Under the pieces are notes generated by a model. The model had not been told where the DNA came from. It did no database searches and saw only the letters and a program-made list of their open reading frames with translations. This document shows, in pieces, positions 1-12,839 of a DNA stretch of 64,000 nucleotides (position 1 is the first letter of the stretch; every line of letters starts with the position of its first letter). Origin of the DNA: Podarcis erhardii (taxonomy: Eukaryota); assembly GCA_964252035.1 (NCBI GenBank), contig OZ176208.1; one strand, written 5' to 3'. Made by a program: the position numbers and the translations under genes.

Positions 1-224
1 TGGGACTCTGCATTTTGTTGGACAAAGCGCTGATACACTTTTCCTTTTTTCTAAACACAGAGGCTTTGTCACATTTGACACCTGTGCTAGTATTTCTTCC
101 CATGGCCCAAAATTAATGATCTTAAATTTACATAAACTAATAAAATAGTTTTCTAAAAATATTAGTGTATTACAGAGTAGTAATAATGACACTGTACCTT
201 CTTTTTACTCTTTCCGTTCATCAG

Positions 225-342
225 GGTATATGTAGATGCATCTCTCATTTCCAGCGCAGGAGAAGGGTTATTTACTAAAGTATCTGCTGAGGCTGGCACA
301 GTTATGTCCTTTTACAATGGCGTACGAATTACACACCAGGAG
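225..342 (+). CDS. SETD7: SETD7 exon 6
   Basis: tcag|G acceptor, GAG|gtaaag donor; VYVDASLISSAGEGLFTKVSAEAGTVMSFYNGVRITHQE. Confidence 0.95.
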
Positions 343-803
343 GTAAAGTGAAGTGAGAACTTTTCATTGCTACTTCTGAAACACTTCCTTTTTGGAAACA
401 TTTTTGTTGCTTGTTCACCTTGTTATTTCAAAAATGCTTCAGTATTCATCAGGATTAGGTAAAAAAAGTGTCATATAATGCATGGTCAAGGATCCTGTAG
501 TCATTATGGGATCTCACAAGTATTTGAACATCCAAAGGTTCCCTACAGAGAATTGTCTTGTTAAAAGTGTATCTTGCTTCTCAGTTTCTTTAATATCAGT
601 CCAGCAAGCCTTAGAAAATTAAGGATGATTTTGTTTACTCGATTACAGATTTCAGTAGGTATGCCACAAGTCTGCTGTAAAACTGATTTTTATTGTGTAG
701 AGGTAATGAAGCAGAAAGGGCAAGAAGTTAAGGCAACTTACTATGGTCAGGACTATTGGAGTGGCATGTTTTCCTTCTCTTAAATTTGTTTCCTAATAGA
801 GTA

Positions 804-1049
804 CAGTGGTACCTCTGGTTGCGAACGGGATCCATTCCAGAGGCCCATTCACAACCTGAAAGGAACGCAACCTGCGTTTGCGCACGCACAGGTCGCAATT
901 CACAGCTTCTGCGCATGCACATGACGTCATTTTGCGCGTCTGTGCAAGCGGCGAAACCCAGAAGTAACGCTTTCTGGTACTTCCGGGTTGCCATGGGATG
1001 CAACCTGAAAAGACTTAACCCGAAGCGTCTTTAACCTGAGGTATGGCTG
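804..1049. mobile_element. Tc1/mariner-type MITE
   Basis: TA flanks (802-803, 1050-1051); imperfect TIR CAGTGGTACCTC / GAGGTATGGCTG; related copy at 48343-48575. Confidence 0.8.
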
Positions 1050-1175
1050 TACTTGCAAGCGTGATTGAATACCACTGGTCTCTCTCCTTTAAAGCATATA
1101 ACACAAGAAAAATCTGCATTGTATCTTCAGTCTGACAAAAACACAAAGTTGACACTGCAACAATGTCTGTTTTAG

Positions 1176-1333
1176 GTGGATGGCAGGGACTGGGCTCTGA
1201 ATGGAAACACAATATCCCTTGATGATGAAACAGTCATAGATGTACCGGAACCCTACAACCATGCAGCCAAATACTGTGCCTCATTGGGGCACAAGGCAAA
1301 TCATTCTTTCACACCAAATAGTGTCTATGACTC
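1176..1333 (+). CDS. SETD7: SETD7 exon 7
   Basis: ttag|GTG, TC|gtaagt; VDGRDWALNGNTISLDDETVIDVPEPYNHAAKYCASLGHKANHSFTPNSVYD. Confidence 0.95.
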
Positions 1334-2462
1334 GTAAGTATTAAACTTGTGCTTTATGAAGGTGCTGCTTTTCAGGTGTCAGAACTGTATCTGCCAATGC
1401 GATAGCAGATGATATCAAAGGATCACTGCAACCACAGCACTATATCAAGTGGGTGGGAAAAACTGATGAAAAACACAGTTGAAAGCAAGGGAAGCATTCC
1501 TGGAAAATGGCACTTATTCATCATGCTCTGAGTCAGGGGTGGCTAGCCCTGACCACCCACTCCTGAAGATTTTTGGGGGCCCTCCTCCTCAAAAAACCTA
1601 CCTTTTTTTTTAATTAAATGGTTTTTAACCGGATTTAATGAATGAAGATAAATTATTTTAAATGGTGTAGAATTGCTGTTGGGAGACCCTTTTGGAAGGC
1701 AGACTCATTAACTGCGCCCAGTTGTGTGCTTTGTTCGTGCCCACGTTAACCTGTGACTCCCGAGAGTTGATAATAGGTGAATACAACCCTCTGTCCAGAA
1801 AAGGTTAGGCACCCCTTATCTAAGTGGAAAATCCTGCATGAGCCACAAACATTTTGCTTGGAGGTAGGTGGCAGGATCTTTCGTTGAAGAAGATGCTGAG
1901 GTGTATCTTCATAGTTTTGCCTCTGTGTTCAGCGGTGGCCCTACTATGAGTCAAGAGAGCTGTTTCCGCTGCCCTCTGTTCTTAGTCCCATCCACTCTCC
2001 TGTGTTATCCACAGTGGACGGACTGCTTAACTGTAACTTTTTCCAAAATTTTTGTTGTTGCTATTTAACAATATTTTGCTGCTGGCTAAATATCTCTATT
2101 TGGTGTTTTGTCGTTGAAATACACTGCAGACGTCTGATCTCCCTGGAGACCAAGAGATGTGACGATAGACTGCTCTGCCTCCTTTCTTTTAGCAAATGTT
2201 TTGTGCCACTGGGGAAGTGGCAATTCTCTATTGATTTGTTTTGGATGTTGTATGTGATGCCAATGAAGGTTTTACGATATGAATATTTTGCTGCAGAAAA
2301 AAAAAGTGGTCAGCGACACTCCTATAGTGTTCTCTGGTAGTGCTGCGTCACCTATATCTAAAAAACACACCGGATATATGTAAAGCTTTCAAGAAAATGA
2401 ATACATTGTTTGGGCTTGCTGAGATTCCTTTTTCTGACTGTGTATGCTTCCTTCCTTTCTAG

Positions 2463-2643
2463 GTTTGTTCATCCTCGTTTTGGGTTGATTAAATGTATCC
2501 GCACTATTAGGGCTGTTGAGAAGGATGAAGAATTAACAGTGGCTTATGGATACGACCACAATCCCATTGGACAAAATGGGCCGGAAGCTCCAGGCTGGTA
2601 TCAGGTGGAACTGAAAGCCTTCCAGGCTACTCAGAAGAAGTGA
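2463..2643 (+). CDS. SETD7: SETD7 terminal exon 8
   Basis: ctag|G acceptor; FVHPRFGLIKCIRTIRAVEKDEELTVAYGYDHNPIGQNGPEAPGWYQVELKAFQATQKK, TGA at 2641-2643. Confidence 0.96.
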
Positions 2644-5085
2644 CAAACGTACAGTTTCCCTCCTCACAATGGATCTATGCACTACCCTTGATACTGATAC
2701 TGAAAACCAGGACGGCCAGGGTTTGTCTATAGCTGTCCTGCAACCCTTCACTCCGTGCCAGAGAGGGTTTATTTTCCCTAATAACAAGTTTTAACCTTTA
2801 AGTTCAAGCAATTTTTAAAAACTTAGCTAGTGTTGTAAAAAACTATTCAATATGCCATACAAAGCAGTGTGATTATTTGGCAACCATTCTGTATCATATG
2901 CAAAGTTGCCAAATTCTAGGAAGGTGGGGGGGAATAGGGTGTTTGGAGTCCTCCCTCCCCCCCCAAAAAAAAATACCTAGTAGTTATTGTGCAGCAGCAT
3001 TTTGTACACATGCCATTTTGTGATGGTAATAGAACTGTGCTGTTTTTAATATTCTAGAAAAGGAGCATAATTTTTGCTCTCAAAAAACCTTTGAGAATAT
3101 TGCTTTAGAACAATTTCTATCTTTGGTGCACAGAAGGCTGTCCTTTGTAGATTCCCTCTCTCTTAACACTGTCATTTCGCTAAAAGACAAACACTTTTAG
3201 GAGACTGCACAGAGGTTTAAACAGCAATGTGGGTTTTTATGGCTCTGCGGACAAACTGTTTTAAGAAATGTGCCTATGAAAACCAGAGCTAGTATGATTT
3301 TAATTATGATGTTTGCACCTGGGTAATTTCTAGATGACTTTTTTAAATATAAAGTTGAAATGTGAAAGAGTAATTTATAAAGATATGCTGATGATTATAA
3401 TCAGCATAAAAATAAGTGAATCAAGGTTGTACCATGAGGTTTGTTTGCTTGCTAAACTTTTTTCCTTTTCTTTTTCACCCCCTTTCTTGTCTCTAAATGG
3501 TTGGGTGGGAATCCATCAGGGTAGATTTATTTTGATACATAGGTAAACAAAGAACTGGAAGAAAATGAGTAATTTAAAGGTTAATAGCAAAAACCCCAAT
3601 TTCTGCTGTAGAACATGTCATGTCAAATAGCTTTTTGGAAATTAGAAAATAAATACATTTTATAATTCTTAACGAGCATTTAACTGTGATCGGTGACACA
3701 ATATTATAATGAAAGAAAAGAGCTTTCAAGGCTCTGCAGGTCAGCTGCAATACTGACACTTACCTTTTAAAGCAGATTTATCAGTATCTGCAGTGTTAGT
3801 GGGTCACTTGCTTAAAAATGCTTGTAACTAGAAAAATGTGCACATACTCCTATGGGGGGAAATGGCTCTCAGGCTGCAGTCTTGTGGCTATTTATCTGGG
3901 AGTAAGCTTTGTTGTACTCAGTGCAGCTTACTTTTGAGTAGACATATATTGGATTACACTTTTAGTTTCTCCTATGGGAAAATTTCCTTGTGTATGTTTG
4001 TTACCTGCACACTGAACATCCGCTTATAGAGAGAGGGAAAAAGAACGGGAAGCACCAAATACAAGAGAAGAAAAGGCAAGCCTCAAAATTGCAATGAAAT
4101 GTATAAAATAAAATAGTAAATTGCACATTGGTAGAAAACTTTCTCAGAGGGTCTAGTAAGTTTTTCCTTACCAAACTATACAAGGATGGTTTCCTCCAAA
4201 ATGTTTTGGGCAATTTACTAAGTTTGACTGTTTTTTAGATTTGTTTTCTAAATGAGTAAATCAAAAGCAGTTTATGTGATTTCATAGCAAAAGAGCAGTG
4301 AATGGAAGCTTTGGTGGCACTCCCAGCTTTTTACTCTATAGAATGTATTTTTTAGCTCCCTCAATTATAGCAAATAGCTAACACAGATGAGGTTTGATTG
4401 GCTCAGCTGGGCTTTTTGAGGCTGAACTGATCCTCACTTATAGAAGTGAGCTGAAAAAAGGCTGAAATGTTATAATGCTGCTTCTACAAATTGGTGCAAA
4501 CAGAAGAGGAAAAGTCTGTTTTGCAAATGCACAAGCACTTAAGCACAACACTAATTGCTGTTAGTAGATAAATACTATTCAAGTTGATAGACCACTATTC
4601 GGGTATTGTTTCAGTGAAATTACTCCATCTGATAGGAGGCGTGGTCTACTTGTAATATCCTTCCTGAGTTTGCCTGCATGGAGTTTCTTTTGAAACACTA
4701 CTTTGAGAGAGCCCCATTGAGCTCACTTGCTTCTGAATAAACATGCTTAGGAGCACAGTGCATATGCTGTCTGTTAAGATGCAGAAATGCTAGAAAGATT
4801 CCTACTGGATATTCTTACTGATTTACTATTCTAGTAGTGAAGAAATGTTTTCTGTTATGTGCTCCTGAACTCTGCATGACTACAATGCACTCTGTGGTCT
4901 ATTTAGATAGGGATGTGTTCCGGCTAATTTTTGCTTCATGATTTTTGGTATTGCTTGTGATTTTTATTTTAATTCTTCTTCAGAAGCAGTTTGCTGTTCA
5001 TGCGAAGTGCTAACACTTAAGCTGAGTACTTTCTTACTGGTAAAGAGAGAGTTCCTTTCTAGGAGATGTGAATATTGAGCTAGAA

Positions 5086-5222
5086 CAGCCTTTCCCAGCC
5101 CTGTGCTCTTCAGATGGTTTTGAATGTAACTCGCATCATTTCTGACCATTAGCCAAACTGGCTGGGGCTGAACGGAGTTGTGGTCCAACAACATCTGAGG
5201 TTACCAGTTTGTTGATAGCTCT
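5086..5222. mobile_element. degenerate hAT-type MITE
   Basis: Same ~135-bp layout (cagatg..aactc.catca..ggagttgt.gtccaacaacatctg) as the TSD-flanked copy at 19727-19862. Confidence 0.5.
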
Positions 5223-6645
5223 GCTAAAGAATCTGCATGGTCTCTTAAGGTGAGGGATGGGGATAATTCTGGAAAGCTCCATTTGGTTCAAGTTTCATTT
5301 TAAAAAGCAGCAACAAAGTTGTGAAAAGAGTTACAGTACCTTGGAAAACTCTGCTGATACTTGTTGAAGCAATGTGACTCTGTAGACATAAACCACATTT
5401 GACTAATACTCATAATTGCATTAAAAAACCCGTATAGGGAAGTAAATTCTGCAGCTGTCTTGCCAGCTCCATTGCCTGTTTTGAGAAATAGGAAATATTG
5501 GCTGATAAGTCAAGCTAAAACTGCTCTGCGGCAAGTTGAACCCCACATGTTTTTGTGTGAAATTGTTATTTTTCTGCTTTATGGCAGCCTTTCGGATACT
5601 TGACAACTGTTGTTGAGCTTCCTTCTCCGCTAGCTTTAACCTTTTGTCTTAATGCAAGGCTTAGTCATACATTGATGCATACATATGAGGATCCTATTCG
5701 GAGAGGTCTTGCCCTTTCTGTGGTTTGTGCGCAGTCTGACTTTGCATTCAGAAAAATGACGAATTTATTAATGTTACTTCTAGAGAAAACCCACCCCACA
5801 AAACACATGGTTTGACAATATTGGCAATAATAGCACTTAGAGAAAGGACAAAAGAAAGGACAAAAATAATTATTTGAATTAATGCTTGCCTTTTTAAATC
5901 GGAAGAGCAAGACAAGTGTTTACTCTCTGGCGCTTCATGTGGCTTGGATTCTCACTCTGTTGTATTGGAATTGGCACAATACTTTTGCAAAACAGGACAC
6001 ACTGAAGTTGTTTGTTTTGCTGATCTTCCTGTAGTTGTGGTGACTTTCTAATAAGAATTGCTTTGCTGTCTCATCCAGCATTGTGTTCTCTTAACAGTGG
6101 CCAAACTAGACTATAGTTGTGTTTGTTGGAGGTGTAAAGTTTGATGGTATTTGTCAATATCCAATCACAAAAAAATAGATTCTTGCACATATACTGACTT
6201 GTACGTACAATAACTGTTGAAGAAAATGGTAGCAGCCATTTTTATCTTCATTGTTTGTGTTTTGCAGTAAACGGAGCAAGGAGCCGGGGGGAGATGGCTA
6301 GTTTATCATTTTTCAGACCTCCTGCCCTCAAAGAATCCTGCCTTGTGCCTTTGCCAATCACAATGGTGAGGCTGCTGCTGCTGCTCAGGAGAAAAATGTA
6401 GCCAGCAAAGTGCATGTGTGTGTGCTTGTTTCTGGGTGGACTGTTTTTATGAATGCACCAAATTGCAAAAAGGTAGCACAGAACGTCCAAGGTTGTGGAT
6501 TGGGAGGGGCATCTGTTAGACCCCTGCAATGAATCATGTTCTTCACTTTTTAAAAACAGAGGGAGAGAAATATCAACTACTGTCTTGTAAGTGCATCGTA
6601 TTCTATCAACCTTATGAATTAGGGGGGTGGGAAGTTAGCCTACGA

Positions 6646-7008
6646 GGGACGCGGGTGGCGCTGTGGGTAAAACCTCAGCGCCTAGGACTTGCCGATCGTC
6701 AGGTCGGCGGTTCGAATCCCTACGGCGGGGTGCGCTCCCGTCGTTCGGTCCCAGCGCTTGCCAACCTAGCAGTTCGAAAGCACCCCTGGGTGCAAGTAGA
6801 TAAATAGGGACCGCTTACTAGCGGGAAGGTAAACGGCGTTTCTGTGTGCTGCACTGGCTCGCCAGATGCAGCTTGTCACGCTGGCCACGTGACCCGGAAG
6901 TGTCTGCGGACAGTGCTGGCCCCCGGCCTCTTAAGTGAGATGGGCGCACAACCCTAGAGTCTGTCAAGACTGGCCTGTACAGGCAGGGGTACCTTTACCT
7001 TTACCTTT
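6646..7008 (+). mobile_element. Sauria-type SINE (tRNA-derived head, (ACCTTT)n tail)
   Basis: Head GGGACGCGGGTGGCGCTGTGG with B-box GGTTCGAATCC; ACCTTT tail; TSD AAGTTAGCCTAC at 6632-6643 and 7246-7257; tail interrupted by the element at 7009-7235. Confidence 0.88.
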
Positions 7009-7235
7009 AAAACAAAATAAAAAAATTCCTTCCAGTAGCACCTTAAAGACCAACTGAGTTAGTTCTAGGTATGAGCTTTCGTGTGCATGCACACTTCTTC
7101 AGATATCTGAAGAAGTGTGCATGCACACGAAAGCTCATACCTAGAACTAACTCAGTTGGTCTTTAAGGTGCTACTGGAAGGAATTTTTTTATTTTGTTTT
7201 GACCATGGCAGACCAACACGGCTACCTATCTGTAA
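7009..7235 (+). mobile_element. Penelope-like element terminal fragment, fold-back, with minimal hammerhead ribozyme motif
   Basis: Perfect 192-bp palindrome 7009-7200 followed by the 3' end gaccatggcagaccaacacggctacctatctgtaa; CTGAAGA-stem-GAAA core; two further copies in the window. Confidence 0.8.
7104..7139 (+). ncRNA. minimal type I hammerhead ribozyme motif (mirrored on the - strand)
   Basis: UAU-CUGAAGA(7107-7113)-A-GUGUGCAUGCACAC(7115-7128)-GAAA(7129-7132)-GCU-C(7136)-AUA; activity untested. Confidence 0.6.
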
Positions 7236-8134
7236 CTTTACCTTTAAGTTAGCCTACAGAAGTAAAACTGAGAAAATATGCTAGAACTAGGTTTGGAAAA
7301 CCAAGTCCAAGGCAACTTACTGGGTTTCAATATAGAACACAATCATCATCTTCTTGCCTGCAGACTTTTCTCCTGCAAGTGATCAGAAATTGTGTATGTA
7401 ATATGTACAGGGAGCTACCTGCATGTTGAGGAAAGTCAGTTCAAAGTGAGTGGGCATAGAATTACCGGTAATCTAAATGTTGTGATGCTTCACATGAACG
7501 AAGTTAAACATGGTCATTTTTCTCACAGTCACTTGATAACTTATGTCCTTATGTGTGCTTGAGGGTAGCAGCTGCTATAGGGTTTTAAATTATTTTTCAC
7601 ATATTGATTGGGGGAAGAGAGCACTTGAGTGAACTCTACCCTTTGCTTTACAGACTGTGACTTGGTATCTCCTGTGATTCTACCAAGAAATTTCTATGCA
7701 CACCATCTACTGCATTCAGAAGATAGTTCCTACTGCTCCTAATGGAATAGTGTGTGTGTGTATTTTAGGATCTTAGAGTACAGAATATTTTGTTATACCC
7801 ATAAAAAGTCCTGTAGCAAGCACCAATAATCATTTTTTTAACGGCTGCTGTTGTCTGTTTCAAACATATTATTAATGTACAAGATGGAAACATCATCTTT
7901 GCTTCCCAATAACCATGGTTATCTTCTGCTTTTGTCTCCTGACACAGAGGTTTCTGAACTTAATCTAGTTTAGAAGCATTCTGAACTGGCGTGAACTAAC
8001 CAGGAACAAGAATTTGGGGTCAAAGCAGATAGCTCAGTAACAGTAGTGATCACCAAGCCACCTACATCCCCATCAAGCGCCCTCACCAGGGGTTTAAAAC
8101 TTGAATAAAATATTGGAAGGCCCACGTAAGCCCT

Positions 8135-8381
8135 GCCAGTGTGGTGTAGTGGTTAAGAGCGGTAGACTCGTAATCTGGGGAACCGGGTTCACATTTCCGC
8201 TCCTCCACATGCAGCTGCTGGGTGACCTTGGGCCAGTCACACTTCTCTGAAGTCTCTCAGCCTCACTCACCTCACAGTGTTTGTTGTGGGGGAGGAAGGG
8301 ACAGGAGAATGTTAGCCACTTTGAGACTCCTTCGGATAGTGATAAAGTGGGATATCAAATCCAAACTCCTCTTCTTCTTCT
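8135..8381 (+). mobile_element. tRNA/CORE (Ther1/MIR-related) SINE with (CTT)n tail
   Basis: tRNA-like head GCCAGTGTGGTGTAGTGGTTAAGAGC, core gtgaccttgggccagtcac, tail ctcctcttcttcttct; second copy at 18368-18563. Confidence 0.8.
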
Positions 8382-11300
8382 GCCCCACATAATCAATCAC
8401 ATGACATGGTGCACGCACACAATTTGAATGGCAGTGTCCAGTAAATAATTGAGTTGGCTCCTATGCTTCTCACCAAAGCCACCCACTGCTTCCCCCTAGA
8501 CCTTCCCCAAATCAGAACTTGCCAAAACACCCCAACTCACCTGGACCACTCACTCACTTCCCTCAACAACCTCCCTCCACTGGCTGGCAGCGGGGAGGAA
8601 AGAAAGGCACTTCTTTGTCCCCTTCACTGCTTCCAGTCTGCTGTGGGAAGCATGAGAAAGAAGCCTGTTTGCCCCCCCCCCCCAGCCTTGCCACTTGCTA
8701 GGCCATCTGCTGGTTGGCCTGATTCCACCTATGGTTCCCTCCCTCTCACCCTCTGATGCAGCTGCAATGGCTATCGCGCTGTAGTTTGCAGTGGCCCCTG
8801 GCTGTAACCAATCAAACTGCAGTGCGACGACATTCTTCTATTTTTATTGTACATATAGCTAGGTACAAAGTCCATGTTTTGCCAACTTCCTCACTGGTCA
8901 CCCGGTCCCAAGCTAGTACCATATGGCAATTGTACAAAGTGTTGATTATTCTGAATAAGATGGGAAATTAGTCTTTAATGGAAATACCCAGGCAAGCTAA
9001 ACTTAGTCTGTGCATTCTTCATTGCCTGTCACTGATCTGGTGAAATCAGTCTTTGGTAATGGGTTAATAACTAGGTTTTCCCTGATTTTTCCCTAGGTTT
9101 TTCCTTTTACTGATTATGCTTCTTTGCAAACTTTCTCCCCCTCCTCTCAAAAACTAAAATGTGCTCAAGCCACTTGCAGTCGAGCATTGAAAACTGTGTG
9201 TCATTGTCTCCAGGAAGGTAGAATTGTGCAATAATATTTTAATCTTTATGTCCATGGTAAATTGGCTCTAGCTATGTTAAAAGCAATAGTACTGTTGTTT
9301 GGAAAAGATAACTTACTATCTGAAGAACATGCTTGCATAAATTAAAGATTTTGAACATTAGAATTTCTGCAGCATTATAATTTTTAATCAAAAACCAAAA
9401 TGAGCATACAGTAATTTTAAAAACTGCTATGTGGAGGTGTGGGTGGACTGTGATATTATCAGTTTAAAAGCAATGAAATATCCAAGCCATAAAATCATGT
9501 GCAGGAAGTTGGGTTTGTTTTTTGTGTTTTTGTGTTGTTTTTTAACTGTACAAGTATATATATCATAGCTGTATGCACATTATTTTTATGGCAGTGAAGA
9601 CTTACACTAGTAACTTTATTTTTTAAAAAGCACAGTGTAGAAGTTTAAACAAGCAGATGGAACATTTTAAAATACATTTAAATTTAAGCGGAATTTATCT
9701 TACAATAAAGGAGGCATCAGGGTGATAAGGAACATATATAAAGCTTTTGCATTTTTATCATCAAATGTTAATAAAGTATATGGACACCCCTGACTCTTAT
9801 AAACTCTGCTTCCTATTATTTAACATCCAATGTCAACAATAAGTGAAACAATATATGTTGGGGTGCCAGAAGGCAAAGAGAAGGCAAATAAAAAGGTCAA
9901 CTTCTGCAGGATTGTAGACAGTGTTACAGCCGGCTTCAGGTATGCAGCCATTTTGGAAAATGCATGGATTCTAAGATGGCAGACTTGCAAACCTCCTAGT
10001 CTTTTCTTCTGTTTTGATCCAAAAGTTTTAGTATTGCATATGAGAAGGTATATTGGCTTTTGATGTTGAGGTTCATGAGGTTCATTTGTGAGCAGTTTTA
10101 ACATATTTTATTACTGGTGTTTAATATACTTGTTGATTACATAATCCTCCAAGGAACATAATGCAAAAGACACCAAATTAGTTTATTCTGGAAATTGTCG
10201 TAAGAAACAACTTATACAGACCAGAGATCTTCAATGGTCAGTCCTTGGATGCTATTGGGCAACAGCTCCCATCATACCCAGGCAGCTTAGCCAATGGTCA
10301 GTGATATGGAAGCTGTAGACCAAAAATCTGGGGACTCAAGTGTGACGAAGACTTAGATAGACCACATTAGGAGTAAGAAGGTGAGGATTTACCATGCCTC
10401 AGAAACAGGAACCAATAAAAAGTCATTACTGAATAATTATGAGAACCCTAAAATGATTCCCATTTCTTTTGCAAACTATTTGGAAAACTGGGATCAAGTA
10501 TAGAATATGTGGGTAGTGATAATCACTAATATACACAGTAACTTAGATAAAATCTTTAACTTTTCCAGTGTTTGTAATTTGTATGATTATGACTATTAAA
10601 AAGGTAATCGCTCATTTTAATAAGCCAGCCTTCTCAGCTTGGTGCCTTTTAGTTGTTTTGGAATAAAACTTCCATTAATTTCAATTTGTTTCTAATGTTT
10701 CTTTCTAATAGTTACTTTTTAATTGCTCTTCATAAATCACTTAGAAATTTTATTTGGGTAAGTGGTGTATAAATTTTGTTAAAAAAATAAATCTGCCTCA
10801 GCCAGCACAGCCATTATAGTGGAAAACATTTGGGGAAGCTTGTAATAAGCCATTGTATATTTCCTTGGTGGTATTACATGATTTTAGTTTGTTCTCTTGA
10901 GATATGTCTTGCTGGAAGTCAGTCATACGGCTTGGAATTTGAATTTTTTCTGTACAAATTCAATGCAATCTTTCTGCAGGAAACAGAAGTATGTAAGTTT
11001 CAGAACTTAGTTTTAAAGGAATTTTCGACTTTGTACTCCCTGTATATTAGCAGGAGATTTCTCTGGAATATTAGCAATGTTAGCTGCCATGGGGTTAAAT
11101 GTTGAATGACAGTTTTGTTACAGTTTCCCAGTGTTCTGTGGGTATTCAAATGCTGTGCAGACACCAGACTATAGATTCTTGTTGTTGTTAAAATGTATGT
11201 TCATTCTTCCCATAAAAGTGAGTTTTTAATGTCAAAGTTATGGGGTGATTTAGATATTTTTGCTAACACTTCAGTAGTAGATTCCCATATATTATGATTG

Positions 11301-12839
11301 TATATCCTATGTCAGGATCCAAATGATGGCAGTTTGTGCTTCCTTACAAATAATGCTAATAATACATCTTATAATTTGGGTTATATTATAGCTCAGAATT
11401 TGAAAATGCTGATGTGCCATCTTGAGACATTTATTGGCAAAACTTGCAAAAATCATGGTGGAGTGGGGAAAATTCTTCAAAGAAGTCTGGAGCACAAATA
11501 TGCATTGAAGTAAAATGGTAAGCTGGAAGGAACAAATTGAAGGAACTTGGACACAAAAGAAAGTTAATGAGCAGCAGTCCATTTTGGCAAACTCTCATGA
11601 GAGTCAACACCACACTCGCCTAAAAAAATCCACAATAGTTCAGCTTAACAATTTTTTATCTAGACAAAAGGGTTTGCTTAGCTGCAAAGGAGCAAATTGG
11701 TGCTGAACTTAGCATGTTGGTCCTTCCAGTTTGTTGTGCCAAAGAACTTGCAGAATTTGAGGACTTCCACAAAGAGGAGTTATTTCAGCTACTTGGAATG
11801 TAGATTGCGTTGTACATGTTCAGGTAATAACTACTGTGGACAATGGTGTTCAGGTAGCAAGAATGCACAGCCTTCGCTTGTGGAGCAACTTGCATAGGTG
11901 ATGAAGGAGCAGGCAAATTCAGCAGCAAGAGTTCTTTAGCTGAGGGACATTAGTAGCAAATGGTTTAAACATTTTGCTATATGTACAGTGAATGCCAATG
12001 TAGCTGTCCTATAGCTGTAACACACTATTATTGAAGTCATCAGAAGGGATACGTGTGATGCTCTAAGAAGATCCCATGCACTTGTAAGATGTGATTGGTG
12101 TTACAGTTGTCAGTAGAAAGAAAATTCTTATGGAAAAAGTATGGACATTGATAAGGCATTCACATAACTTTAGTACCAACAAGGTTTCAGTTTGCAGTAC
12201 AGTTTGTTTTATAATCTGCAAGTCATTTTGTGGATGAGGCAGCACTATTTATCCAGACATTTACTCCCAAATTCTTCCATTTGGGAGGATGTTTTAATCG
12301 CTGCATGCTGACCTGCTAATGAGATGGTCTTATTTGGAGGCAAGGACATAGCTGCAGTCTGCGTCTTCTTTCTGCTAGTGAATAGGGGTAATATTTGACA
12401 CCTATTATCAGGGCTGAAGTCATAATTTTTAGAAATGAGACCCATGTCTCAAACTGTTGAACTGTGCTTGCCAGGGGGAAAAAAACGCACAATGAAAACC
12501 TATTGCAAGCAATCCAGACTGAAATATGAAAACCGCAAAGGAAATGACTGAATTTGATACTGTTTTCTCTCTTGGTAAACACAAGCCCAACACCTGGTGA
12601 GCATTTCAGAATGTAGAATTCTTGAACTCTTCAATGTATATATTAAAAGAGCACCTGCCGTATTTCTGTACAGTATGTCGTAACTAGAATTGAACTTTTA
12701 AGTGCTTCAGTGCCTTTGCTTGCCTAGTTCTGTTACAGCAGGGGTAGGAAAGTTCATGCCAACAGGCCAGGTTTGTCCTGTAAGGCCATTTTCAAAAACC
12801 ACACCCACCTGCCAACCAGTTATAGCTTTAAATGATTTA

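Larger units (their letters stand above)
225..2643 (+). other. SETD7: SETD7 gene, 3' part (coding exons 6-8); histone-lysine N-methyltransferase SET7/9
   Basis: join(225..342,1176..1333,2463..2643) gives a continuous SET-domain frame (..GEGLF..MSFYNGVRITHQEVDGRDWALNGN..GHKANHSFTPN..EELTVAYGY..ELKAFQATQKK*) with GT-AG introns. Confidence 0.97.
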
